Below, piece by piece: positions 18,703 to 27,471 of a stretch of 32,000 nucleotides of DNA. Within the stretch, counting starts at the first letter, position 1. Each line of letters begins with the position of its first letter. Origin of the DNA: Opitutales bacterium (GTDB lineage Bacteria; Verrucomicrobiota; Verrucomicrobiia; Opitutales; PNEW01); contig CBDCNV010000002.1 of assembly GCA_965219535.1 (NCBI GenBank), positions 1,560,001 through 1,592,000 of the forward strand, in the 5' to 3' direction. Position numbers and translations under genes: made by a program. The notes beneath the pieces are model-generated. The model saw nothing but the letters and a program-made list of their open reading frames with translations. It did no database searches and was not told where the DNA came from.

Positions 18703-20171
18703 GTGAAAATGGAAATCAAAGGGGTATCTATCATAGGTTTTAACGATGGAGCGGAAAGCGGCCAATCGGTAAGAGCGGTCAATCCATCAACTGGACAGGA
18801 AATCGAACCGCCATTTATCCAAGCCACAACGGAAGAGATCGATCAGACGGCGGAACTTGCGCATAAGGCATTTCTCGAATACAGCCAATTAAGCGGCGTC
18901 GACAGGGCACGATTTCTAAATGAAATCGCAACGCAAATTGAAACCATTGGAGATACAATTACCCCAAGGGCGATGGAAGAGTCCGGTTTGCCTGAGGTTC
19001 GCATTAAAGGTGAAATTGGCAGAACTACAGGGCAGTTGCGTTTATTCGCCTCCATTATTGAGGAAGGATCCTGGCTCAATGCTCGCATAGACACGGCCTT
19101 ACCCGATCGGCAACCGCTCCCTAAACCTGACGTTCGAGCGATGCAACGTCCCCTTGGTCCGGTCGTTGTCTTTGCCGCGAGCAATTTTCCCCTGGCCTTT
19201 TCCACCGCGGGTGGTGATACCGCATCGGCTTTGGCCGCTGGTTGTTCAGTCATTGTCAAAGCGCATTCCTCGCACCCGGGAACCGCGGAACTGGTAGGTA
19301 GGGCAGTGAGAGAAGCCGCCACTGTGACGGGTATGCCCGATGGCGTATTCAATGTGATGTTTGGCAGCGGTCGCTCTGTAGGATCAGCTCTTGTCAGCCA
19401 TCCGCGGGTCAAGGCTGTCGGATTTACAGGTTCGACCGCCGGCGGTACCGCACTGATGAAGCTGGCATCTAAACGGGCCGAGCCCATTCCTGTCTACGCT
19501 GAAATGGGTAGCGTAAACCCGGTTTTCATACTTTCGGGAGCTCTTGCCGAGCAGTCCGATTCGATCGCCAGTGGTCTCCACGCATCGGCTACGATGGGGG
19601 TAGGGCAGTTCTGCACAAATCCCGGCGTAGTCATGGTGCAGCAAGGTGAGCAAGGCGAGACTTTCAAAGAAAGTTTCACAAAGTTGATGAGGGAACACGC
19701 CGATGAAGTCATGCTCAATCATTCAATCCAAAAGGCTTATTGCGAAGGTGTGTCTTCACGTGAGAGCAATAACAATGTGGAAGTTTTAGTTTCATCCGAT
19801 ACCGACAGTGAGTCCGGACCCAGTCTCGGGTCCCCAGCAGTATTTCAAGCGACCACTGAACAATTCCTCAAAGACTCAAGCTTGAGCCACGAAATTTTCG
19901 GACCGGGGACGACCCTGATACGTTACAATTCAAAGGAGGATCTACTGAAGATTGCCGAAAACCTGACGGGCCAACTCACCGCCACGGTGCATGGATCGGA
20001 GGCGGATTTAAATGAGCACACCGATTTAATTGCTATTTTGGAACGTAAGGTAGGGCGCATTTTATTTAATGGATTTCCCACCGGTGTTGATGTTTGTCCC
20101 TCCATGGTTCATGGCGGACCGTTTCCCGCTACCTCGGATGGGCGCAGTACTTCCGTAGGTACTTTTGCGAT
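18703..20171 (+). pseudogene. aldehyde dehydrogenase (2,5-dioxovalerate / alpha-ketoglutaric semialdehyde dehydrogenase-like), 5' part, interrupted by an IS
   Basis: 'NPSTGQEI', 'FAASNFPLAFS', 'EMGSVNP' and catalytic-Cys block 'GQFCTNPG'. The frame runs into the IS, which adds only G-I-I-stop (track end 20184). The start is GTG 18703 or ATG 18709. Confidence 0.8.
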
Positions 20172-20310
20172 GGGAATTATATAGTTAAGTCCTTTTTCTT
20201 TTTTCGTTTCGATCTGGCTCGCTTTTTAAGTCGATTATTTTGAGCCTCATTTTTGGGTTTTGGTCTATAACTAAGAACTTTTTTTGTAATCGCTTCCAAT
20301 ATTTGAGATT

Positions 20311-21237
20311 TCATTTCGTCAACTCCTCATAGGTTAGTCTCCGACCAATGCACGCTTGAATGAAACTATCCAGTCGGGCGAGTGTGTGGCGCGTGCAGTT
20401 TCCTTCATTTAGTCTGAAAGAAAATTCGTTTACGTAACGTGCCAAATGCTTTGGGCTTGCGTGATGGTAGACACCATGTAGACCCCGCTTTAGAACTGAA
20501 AATACGCTTTCAATGCTGTTTGTGGTCACGTCTCCCCTAGAATATTCACCTTCTCCATGATTTACCGTTTCGTGCTGGAAAAATAATCCGTCAACTGGGA
20601 TGTATGATTTCGCTTCATCGCTGTGGATTTTTGACCCCACCTCAATATTCTTGTGGACATGTTTTAATATTGTATTTGAGTCCACGCTTTTTACTGGGGT
20701 TGCAATGGTTTTCCCGTTCCGCTCTCGCATTCCGAGAACTGGAGTCTTCCCAATTGAGCCACGGCCTAAGTTGACTTTTTTCTGCTCATGTTTGTTCCCT
20801 TCTTTCCCTCCGATGTAGGTTTCATCGATTTCAACGATCCCTCGGAGTTTTGGAAGATCTTTCCCGCATGCTTCTCTGAGTCGCTGGAGAATAAACCAAG
20901 CTGTTTTTTGGGTGACACTGATTTCTTTAGAAAGTTGCAGCGAACTAATTCCTTTACGAGCAGTAACCAGCAGATACATTGAATATATCCATTTTCTCAA
21001 AGGAACGTGTGAGCGTTCGAAAATCGTGCCCGTTCTAACGGTGAAATCTTCTTTGCAATTGTTACAACGGAAATAGCCAACCCTTTTCCTTTTTGTGATG
21101 TTAGTTTGCTTGTCGCAAACCGGACATTGAATATCATAAGGCCACCGGCGAGACTCCAAAAAGAGTCTCGCGGTGTTTTCGTCTGGAAACATTTCGAGTA
21201 ACTGAAACGTGCTGATCGTTAGGTTATCTTGTGCCAT
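20311..21237 (-). CDS. IS1595-family transposase (N-terminal zinc ribbon plus ISXO2-like DDE domain)
   Basis: 'CPVCDKQ...FRCNNCKEDF', 'VEIDETYIGGKEGNKH', 'HSDEAKSY' and 'TNSIESVFS'. Confidence 0.88.
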   Translation of the reverse strand: MAQDNLTISTFQLLEMFPDENTARLFLESRRWPYDIQCPVCDKQTNITKRKRVGYFRCNNCKEDFTVRTGTIFERSHVPLRKWIYSMYLLVTARKGISSLQLSKEISVTQKTAWFILQRLREACGKDLPKLRGIVEIDETYIGGKEGNKHEQKKVNLGRGSIGKTPVLGMRERNGKTIATPVKSVDSNTILKHVHKNIEVGSKIHSDEAKSYIPVDGLFFQHETVNHGEGEYSRGDVTTNSIESVFSVLKRGLHGVYHHASPKHLARYVNEFSFRLNEGNCTRHTLARLDSFIQACIGRRLTYEELTK

Positions 21238-21253
21238 ATGATTTCAATTATAT

Positions 21254-21442
21254 TTAAGAGTTTTGATCTGAAGGAAGTGGATACCCGTATGGGTCTATTG
21301 ACCAAATCACTCCCTCTTTGGGTGTGGGGTTAGGAATGTCGCTTTTCATCCTCTCTTCCAATGTTCGGGATACTAGTTTTTGAAGTTGTCCAGAGTGAGT
21401 TGAAATTGAGATTGCTCCGTTTGAGAGTATAGTGGTTTTCAT
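21254..21442 (-). CDS. small passenger ORF (62 aa) inside the IS
   Basis: Its start overlaps the upstream ORF stop (ATGA at 21439-21442), and it ends 16 nt before the transposase ATG. No family recognised. Confidence 0.35.
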   Translation of the reverse strand: MKTTILSNGAISISTHSGQLQKLVSRTLEERMKSDIPNPTPKEGVIWSIDPYGYPLPSDQNS

Positions 21443-21624
21443 TTTATTTCTGTTGCGGTTAGAATTTGAATTGCTTGTTCAAGTTTTCCTGAGGTATGAA
21501 TTTTTTCACCGTATAAATCTTCCAAATATCCGATTTTTGCAAGTCTTTGAGAAGGTGCAGTATAGCGTGCTAAATTTGGGTTTGATTTTGTTGAGATTCT
21601 ATAGATTTTTTGTTCTTTTTTCAT
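21439..21624 (-). CDS. small passenger ORF (61 aa) inside the IS
   Basis: First gene of a co-directional 61aa-62aa-transposase array. It is preceded by an AT-rich region of about 150 nt that ends at the right inverted repeat. Confidence 0.35.
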   Translation of the reverse strand: MKKEQKIYRISTKSNPNLARYTAPSQRLAKIGYLEDLYGEKIHTSGKLEQAIQILTATEIK

Positions 21625-21794
21625 TGTTAAATTAAATCTAATATATTTAAATCCCTCACAATGTCAAGGGATTTAAGTATATATTTTAATATTTCTTACA
21701 TTTTTATATAGTTTATTATCATACACTTACAGAATACATGTAAAATAAGTGAAATAATTCTTAATATTTTCGGGGACTTAACTATATAATTCCC

Positions 21795-21926
21795 TTTGCG
21801 ATAGACAGATTTACCCGACTCGTGGCCTATCAAAATTGTCCTCAATCCTTGCTGCCCGATGAACTGAAAGATAGCAATCCACTGAAAATTTCACGGATGA
21901 TCAACGGTCAACGGACTGAAGACTGA
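21795..21926 (+). pseudogene. displaced 3' end of the aldehyde dehydrogenase gene
   Basis: Removing the IS and one TSD copy restores ...VGTFAIDRFTRLVAYQNCPQSLLPDELKDSNPLKISRMINGQRTED*, with stop at 21924-21926. This matches the usual C-terminus of this ALDH subfamily as I recall it. Confidence 0.8.
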
Positions 21927-21962
21927 GTAGACCACTCCCCAGTGCAATGGTGATGCGCAACG

Positions 21963-23627
21963 TCAATCACCCTTTGTGAACCTATTGAGGACATTCCGTG
22001 TAATGGTCTCTGTGTAGTAGTCCTTAAATTTCAGTCCCGCAACCCATTCACAACTCCCGGCGTGAAACACCGTACCCTTGCCACGGGTGAAGGTGACGAT
22101 CATGCCGTTCCCCCGCGCGCCAGCCTTCCCGGTTTCTTCCGTTATCTCTCCCTGGCGGATCCGACCGATCCTTTCCGAGTCATCACCGTAGTACAAGTTG
22201 GTACCCCTGTGGCCGTGGTCGGCTTCCTTATTGGAAGCCAAAGCCATGGCGAGAATCTCTGTTGTTTCCGGTGCGCCGTCCTTGAAGGTCGGAAACGGCT
22301 CACCGTCGCGGAAGGTGTAATCGAGCCCGTCAACCTCATACCCAAAGATGCGCGCGTTCGCACCGAAATCGTCACCGTAGTAGAGGTCAGTGCCTGTAAA
22401 AGCCCAATGTTCCGGCCGGTAGACCGTGAAACCCCCAGTGCCGCGGGGGACATTGACTCCTACGTGGTCGTATATCCCATAGGTTGAATTGAGCCCGAAA
22501 GTCTCGGCCCCTGGCCAGCCAACCTGGGGATCCTCCCAGAGACTGGTTAAACGGCGTTTCCTGTCCGTCTTCAAGATAGGATCTTTTTTTCCGGCCAATT
22601 CCTTGTAGCAGACCTGCGTGCGGCCCTCGTCTTCCAGTCTGATTTGCCAGGCGAAGTTGCCGGCAAAACGTGCGACATGGCCACCCCTCTCCACGTAGCG
22701 GTCGATAGCCTCGCGCATTTCCCAGGACCAGTACTCATCATGGCCCACGAGGACGACGCACTTGTAGTTATCGAGCAGGTCTGGACTGTAGTGCAGATCC
22801 AACTGGGTGGCAAAATCCATAGGGAAGCCGTTTTGCTCCGCCCATGTGACGAAGGGCCGTTCGTAAGTGGCCCAGCCGCAATTGGAGAACCACTTGCTGT
22901 AACCCCGTGTGTGGGCAAAATCGATCACGGGGTAGACTGGGATCGAATTGGGAACGATGGGGAAATGATGAGGCTTGCGGGGCGAACCCTCAGGCGACCA
23001 GATGATGCCGCGAGCAAAGGGTCGATGGATCGAAAGCCTCGGTGCGAAGGTGAAATCATCGGGCAAGTTATACCCCATATAGTGATTGATGCCACCCCAG
23101 TCGTTATAGGCTGTCCAGGTGCAGATGGCCGATATGAACAGGATCTCTGCGTTCCTGCCGGGCTGGGTTGGACGGACAAAAAAACCATGCTCCTGCTCAC
23201 GCCGTTCACCCACCTCATTGGTCACACGGGAAATGATCATATAGAAGCCCGAGGGCAAGTCACGGGGTAGTCGCCAGCTGTAACTGACCGGCCAACCACA
23301 TCCATTCTCATAAAAATCCGCTGGCAGCGGATTGATTTTGCCCGGCAACTTGTCGACTTTATGGACGGTCTTGGGTGCGCAACCGTCTTGAATAATCTCG
23401 ATGGAAAATTCTTTCGCCGTAGTGCTGGTATGAAAGTGAATTTCTTCACCGGGGAGATAGGAGATCTTGTCTGTGTAGCACCAGACTTCGAGATAGTCGG
23501 GATCTTCCAATGGAGCTTCGTAAAACTCCGCTTTGGTTGCATCGAATCCCTGACCACGGGGGATGAACATGGCTCCCTTCGAGGTGAAAAAGCCGCGACC
23601 GATTTTCGGTATCGTATTCTTCGTCAT
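21963..23627 (-). CDS. N,N-dimethylformamidase beta-subunit-like (DUF6605-type) protein
   Basis: 'ILFISAICTWTAYNDWGGINHY' resembles the family signature. ATG 23627 (MTKNTIPK) is chosen because 23628-23702 belongs to the conserved non-coding module shared with two other loci. Confidence 0.5.
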   Translation of the reverse strand: MTKNTIPKIGRGFFTSKGAMFIPRGQGFDATKAEFYEAPLEDPDYLEVWCYTDKISYLPGEEIHFHTSTTAKEFSIEIIQDGCAPKTVHKVDKLPGKINPLPADFYENGCGWPVSYSWRLPRDLPSGFYMIISRVTNEVGERREQEHGFFVRPTQPGRNAEILFISAICTWTAYNDWGGINHYMGYNLPDDFTFAPRLSIHRPFARGIIWSPEGSPRKPHHFPIVPNSIPVYPVIDFAHTRGYSKWFSNCGWATYERPFVTWAEQNGFPMDFATQLDLHYSPDLLDNYKCVVLVGHDEYWSWEMREAIDRYVERGGHVARFAGNFAWQIRLEDEGRTQVCYKELAGKKDPILKTDRKRRLTSLWEDPQVGWPGAETFGLNSTYGIYDHVGVNVPRGTGGFTVYRPEHWAFTGTDLYYGDDFGANARIFGYEVDGLDYTFRDGEPFPTFKDGAPETTEILAMALASNKEADHGHRGTNLYYGDDSERIGRIRQGEITEETGKAGARGNGMIVTFTRGKGTVFHAGSCEWVAGLKFKDYYTETITRNVLNRFTKGD

Positions 23628-23646
23628 CTCGAAATCGCCCGAGTAT

Positions 23647-23794
23647 TCAGATAAGAAATCGCCTTTGCGCCGGTACAGACACGCTCTCTTAGAGGCCGGC
23701 ATGAACCAGCGGTTTCATGGTGATTCATTGTGAGACCATCCTTAAACTGCCCCGAAAATGCGAGAACAATGTAAGATCACCCTTCGCGCGATCG
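23647..23794. promoter_or_regulatory. conserved intergenic module, copy A (full length; function unknown)
   Basis: Left arm TTCAGATAAGAAATCGC..GCCGGTACAGACACGC. Core GGTTTCATGGTGATTCATTGTGAGACCAT. Right arm GCGAGAACAATGTAAGAT..CCTTCGCGCG. It lies between divergent genes. Confidence 0.6.
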
Positions 23795-23993
23795 TCATTG
23801 GCCTCCGATTGTAAAGGAGGAGCCCGCCGAATACGACGCCTGTCCCCCCGGCTTTCCTGAACCCCTGCTTGTCTCGGCTGACCTGTCTCGGCGAAGTCGA
23901 CAGACGTATCAGGAAGCGTCGCGAAGACGGGCCGCAAGGAACTCTTTTTCACTTGCGAGCTGAGACCCGAACCAATGTGTTGTCTTCTATCTC

Positions 23994-25190
23994 ATGCGAG
24001 ATTCGCTTCTAAACTTGATGCTCTCAGTCACGGCCTCGGTCGCGATGGTTCTCCACACGGCTATCGGGGAAACCGCTGCCCCCGACAATCCGGACGCAAT
24101 CGCCAACGAGACCGACACAGCGGCTGTTGAAAAATCAACCACTTACGACCGCATCTGGCGCGTTGGAACACTCTACAAGAACGAAGACAACCCGGTCATG
24201 CAAAAGTTTGTCCTGACCGGACGAGCTCAAGCGGATGCAGCGTTCTTCGATGGCGGTCAGGGAGATTATAACCGGCTCGACTGGCGCCGATTCCGTTTTG
24301 GCTTCAAGTCCTCCCTGTTTCAGAATTTTGTCCTGCACTTTGAAGGTGACTTCAACTTGAATAATCTTGATTCGGATCAGACCGAGGATGTTTATACGAG
24401 ATTCACCGACTTCAACCTAGGCTGGTCTCAAAGCGATGCCTTTATGTTGAAGATTGGCAAGCAATCCACTCCTTTTACCCTCGACGGCGCCACCTCTTCC
24501 AAAAAACTAATCACGCTCGAGCGAAGCACGGTCGCGACGAATCTCTGGTTTCCCACTGAATACTTCACTGGTGTATCGGCACTCGGCAAGATTGGCAACT
24601 GGAAGTACCACACGGGGATTTTTTCCTCAAGCGGTGATGATGAGTTCAGTCGCTTCGACAGTGGCTACTTTGGTCTCGTGTCTCTCGAATATAACTTCAG
24701 CGATTCCACAGGTCTCGACACCTCCCTCGTCCGCATCGATTACGTTTATAACGATCCAGATTTCAGTGGTGACGTCGGAACTCGCGAACTCAGGCAAGTG
24801 GTCTCGTTGACAACCAAGTTCGAGAACGGACGCTACGGAATCTGGTCGGACATCTCATTCGGTGACGGTATCGGGAACCAGAGCGATCTCATGGGCTTCC
24901 AAGTAATGCCTTACTACGAAATCACGGACAAGTGGCAGCTGGTATTTCGGTATTCGCTGGTCACCAGTTCGGCGGATAACGGGGTCCGGCTCAACCGTTA
25001 CGAAAGCCGGATCGAGCTCGGTCGCAGCGACGAAGCTCACGAGTACTTTCTCGGCCTCAATTGGTATCTTAATGGGCACAAGCTGAAGTGGCAGAATGGC
25101 GTTGAGTACACGCACTCCTCCGATTCAGCGCGGGACGGTGGAGCCTACAACGGCTGGGGCTTTACCTCGGGAATCCGCCTTAGTTGGTGA
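23994..25190 (+). CDS. outer-membrane porin (phosphate-selective porin O/P-like)
   Basis: N-terminal signal-like segment and an alternating beta-strand pattern. 'YFLGLNWYLNGHKLKWQNGVEY' and an aromatic C-terminus '...GIRLSW'. Confidence 0.65.
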   Translation: MRDSLLNLMLSVTASVAMVLHTAIGETAAPDNPDAIANETDTAAVEKSTTYDRIWRVGTLYKNEDNPVMQKFVLTGRAQADAAFFDGGQGDYNRLDWRRFRFGFKSSLFQNFVLHFEGDFNLNNLDSDQTEDVYTRFTDFNLGWSQSDAFMLKIGKQSTPFTLDGATSSKKLITLERSTVATNLWFPTEYFTGVSALGKIGNWKYHTGIFSSSGDDEFSRFDSGYFGLVSLEYNFSDSTGLDTSLVRIDYVYNDPDFSGDVGTRELRQVVSLTTKFENGRYGIWSDISFGDGIGNQSDLMGFQVMPYYEITDKWQLVFRYSLVTSSADNGVRLNRYESRIELGRSDEAHEYFLGLNWYLNGHKLKWQNGVEYTHSSDSARDGGAYNGWGFTSGIRLSW

Positions 25191-26271
25191 CCTGGAACTG
25201 CATCAGAGCATCAAAATCGAAATCGATACCGTGGCCGGGCCGGTCAGGCGCTACAGCGTAGCCCTGGTCAATTTCAAAAGTATGTGTCATGAAACGCTCA
25301 AGACCGAAGCCATGTATTTCCACGTAGGCAGCATTAGGCGAAGCGGCTAAAAGATGAATATGCAACTGATGAGCGCCATGAGAAATCAACGGTAAGTTGT
25401 GGGCTTCCGCAAGGCGGGCCACTTTCATGAAGGAAGTAATACCGCCGCAGGTGGTCAGATCTGGCTCCGGGAAATCTACGCATCCTCGATTGATAAGCTC
25501 CCTGAATTCCGCCAGGGTATGCAAGTTCTCACCAGCTGCCAATGGGACCGGACTTTTTTGCCGAAGGTGCGTGTAGCCGTCAAAGTCATCTGGTTTAAGC
25601 GGTTCTTCGAGCCATATCAGATCAAATTCCGCAAGCCTTTGCGTTGCCCGGGTTGCCTGATCAATACTCCAAGCTTCATTTGCATCAGTCATCAATTCGA
25701 TGTCATCACCAATATGTTTCCGCATCTCCGCTACTCGCGTCAGGTCCTCGGCCAATGTAGGCTTGCCAAGACGCATCTTAACCGAACGGTGTCCCTCATC
25801 GATGCTTCTGCTTGCACCTTCCAACAGTTCCTTAACGGGCAAATTCAGGTCGATATTCCCAGCGTAAACCTTCACACGGGGATTGAACCCACCGAGTAGT
25901 TGCCACAATGGTTGCCCCAAAGCCCGGCCCTTTAAGTCCCACAAGGCGGTATCTACCGCAGCGATGGCAAAACTGACCGGTGCGCCGCGACCGGCATAAT
26001 GGTGCCGGTGCCACATACTGTGCCAGAGAAATTCTATGTTGCGTGAATCCTGTTTCATGAGCTTGTCGCGAAAGACCTTATCTATGATTATTGCAATGGC
26101 CGGGCCCTGACCTTCAAGCATGACTGAATAGCCAACACCAGTGGCTACGTTTTGGGTGTTTATACGGACCATCACCATATCAAAAGCGTGCATAACGCCC
26201 GCCGCCGCCGCTTCCATGGCAACGGGAAGTGGAATGCGAAATGTATCGACCGTCAGTCTTTCAATGAGCAT
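25180..26271 (-). CDS. enolase-superfamily enzyme (mandelate racemase/muconate lactonizing family; likely acid-sugar dehydratase)
   Basis: Metal-ligand blocks 'MTDANEAW', 'WLEEPL' and 'AAGENL', plus 'KMRLGKP'. AGGAGGGG lies 3 nt upstream of ATG 26271. The longer track start falls in the conserved module. Confidence 0.8.
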   Translation of the reverse strand: MLIERLTVDTFRIPLPVAMEAAAAGVMHAFDMVMVRINTQNVATGVGYSVMLEGQGPAIAIIIDKVFRDKLMKQDSRNIEFLWHSMWHRHHYAGRGAPVSFAIAAVDTALWDLKGRALGQPLWQLLGGFNPRVKVYAGNIDLNLPVKELLEGASRSIDEGHRSVKMRLGKPTLAEDLTRVAEMRKHIGDDIELMTDANEAWSIDQATRATQRLAEFDLIWLEEPLKPDDFDGYTHLRQKSPVPLAAGENLHTLAEFRELINRGCVDFPEPDLTTCGGITSFMKVARLAEAHNLPLISHGAHQLHIHLLAASPNAAYVEIHGFGLERFMTHTFEIDQGYAVAPDRPGHGIDFDFDALMQFQVTN

Positions 26272-26300
26272 TTTCCCCTCCTCTGTCCTTTGTTTTCTCA

Positions 26301-26454
26301 GTTCAGAAATCGCTTTAAGTCCGGTATAGATACGCACCGGTTGAAGCCGTCCTGAAACATAGGTTTGAGGTGATTTTTTGCGAGACCATGCTCCAACTGC
26401 GCCGAGAAAGCGAGAACAATGTAAGGTTTACCATCGCGCAGTCGGGGATTGCGC
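26301..26454. promoter_or_regulatory. conserved intergenic module, copy B (full length)
   Basis: GTTCAGAAATCGC..TCCGGTATAGATACGC ... GGTTTGAGGTGATTTTTTGCGAGACCATG ... GCGAGAACAATGTAAGGTTTACCATCGCGCAGTCGGGG. It lies between divergent genes. Confidence 0.6.
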
Positions 26455-26566
26455 GTCTCATCTGCAACAGCCCCGTCCCATGGCTAAGTTTTAACCGATC
26501 GCGTAGATCTTGACTCGTCTGAGGGGGGAATTCAGATTGGCTCGTCATGGAGCGAACACCGAATCG

Positions 26567-27328
26567 ATGATCAGTCCGGAAGAGAAGTTCAGGTTCGATT
26601 TGCAAGGTTATCTGGTGGTCAAGAACGCCCTCGCGCCCGAAGAGGTGGCGGAAATGAACCGGATTGCCGACGAGATGTATACGGAAGATTACGACGAGAA
26701 GAGAATGCGTTCCCGTCAGCACGTATCGCAGTGGGGGCCATCCTTTCAATCGCTTATCGACCATCCCTCAGCCTTACCCTATCTGGTGGAATTCCTTGGA
26801 CCGAAATTCCGTATCGATCATGATTATAACATTTTTATGATTAAAGGAAGCGCGCACGGGCGCATTCACGGGGGACCCGCGCTGGAGACCGGGATCGAGG
26901 AGGACCACTGGTACCGTTGCCACAAGGGAGTGATCCGCAATGGACTGACGGTTTTTACTTATTGCCTTACACCAGCGGGTCCAGGAGATGGGGGTTTTAT
27001 TTGTGTTCCAGGATCTCACAAGAGCAATTTCGTGATGGATATCCCGGAAGAGGTGAAGTTGCAGGAAAGCAATGCCGATTACGTTGTCCAGCCGACGGCG
27101 GAGGCTGGTGACCTGATAATATTTACAGAGGCTCTCGTTCATGGCACTCGTGCTTGGACGTCAGATCACGAGCGACGTGCCCTGCTCTATAAATACAGTC
27201 CAGGGCACTCTTCATATAGCCAGACTTACTATTGTCTGGAGGATTACCCGAACGCGACAGAACAGCAGTTGCGGATCATGGCAGCTCCGTCCGTCGGTAG
27301 CCGCCCCAATAGTATCCAGTCTAAGTAA
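26567..27328 (+). CDS. PhyH-like protein with H-G-G in place of H-x-D
   Basis: 'FDLQGYLVVKNAL', 'GRIHGGPALE' (His codon at 26867-26869), 'ICVPGSHKSNF' and distal 'EALVHGTRAW'. ATG 26567 is preferred over TTG 26510. Confidence 0.7.
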   Translation: MISPEEKFRFDLQGYLVVKNALAPEEVAEMNRIADEMYTEDYDEKRMRSRQHVSQWGPSFQSLIDHPSALPYLVEFLGPKFRIDHDYNIFMIKGSAHGRIHGGPALETGIEEDHWYRCHKGVIRNGLTVFTYCLTPAGPGDGGFICVPGSHKSNFVMDIPEEVKLQESNADYVVQPTAEAGDLIIFTEALVHGTRAWTSDHERRALLYKYSPGHSSYSQTYYCLEDYPNATEQQLRIMAAPSVGSRPNSIQSK

Positions 27329-27375
27329 CCGGCGAGTCATCCATGCACCACGGATTAAATCCACAACAGTTTCAG

Positions 27376-27471
27376 CAGTTCCATGGTGATACATTGTAAG
27401 ACCATGCCCGAACCGCACCGAGACGGCGAGAACAATGTAAGATTTACCTTCGCGCGGTCGGGGTTACTGCG
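27376..27471. promoter_or_regulatory. conserved intergenic module, copy C (core plus right arm only)
   Basis: CAGTTCCATGGTGATACATTGTAAGACCATGCCCGAACCGCACCGAGACGGCGAGAACAATGTAAGATTTACCTTCGCGCGGTCGGGG. It ends directly at ATG 27472. Confidence 0.6.

Larger units (their letters stand above)
20172..21794 (-). mobile_element. IS1595-family insertion sequence, 1623 bp, with two passenger ORFs
   Basis: Perfect 21-bp terminal inverted repeats GGGAATTATATAGTTAAGTCC (20172-20192 and 21774-21794). The 8-bp target duplication TTTGCGAT lies at 20164-20171 and 21795-21802. Confidence 0.92.

Noticed and set aside
18843-19487. Long antisense ORFs inside GC-rich genes (also 22644-23270, 27805-28563, 31224-31865 and 15116-15694)
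   Set aside because: These are shadow ORFs opposite well-supported genes. They are Arg/Pro/Gly-rich and low-complexity, as expected from GC-rich antisense frames.
15065-21794. Composite transposon formed by the two IS elements around trx-like, ychF, hypothetical and ALDH genes
   Set aside because: The two elements have unrelated termini and sizes, and each has its own matching 8-bp target duplication. These are independent insertions.
21963-23702. The track's long start (ATG 23702) for the DMFase-like gene, and likewise 26337 for the enolase-family gene
   Set aside because: The extra N-terminal codons fall inside the left arm of the module, which is non-coding at the other loci. Internal ATGs at 23627 and 26271 (the latter with a strong AGGAGG) fit better.
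23725-23952. ORFs and mini-ORFs crossing the conserved modules: 75-aa and 149-aa minus-strand ORFs ending or continuing ...MVSQ, plus-strand MNQRFHGDSL / MKQRFHGDSL..., and minus-strand MNHHETA...
   Set aside because: The start codons and frames are not conserved among the four copies (B and C lack the ATG, and the frames diverge after a few codons). The similarity is at the nucleotide level, not the peptide level.
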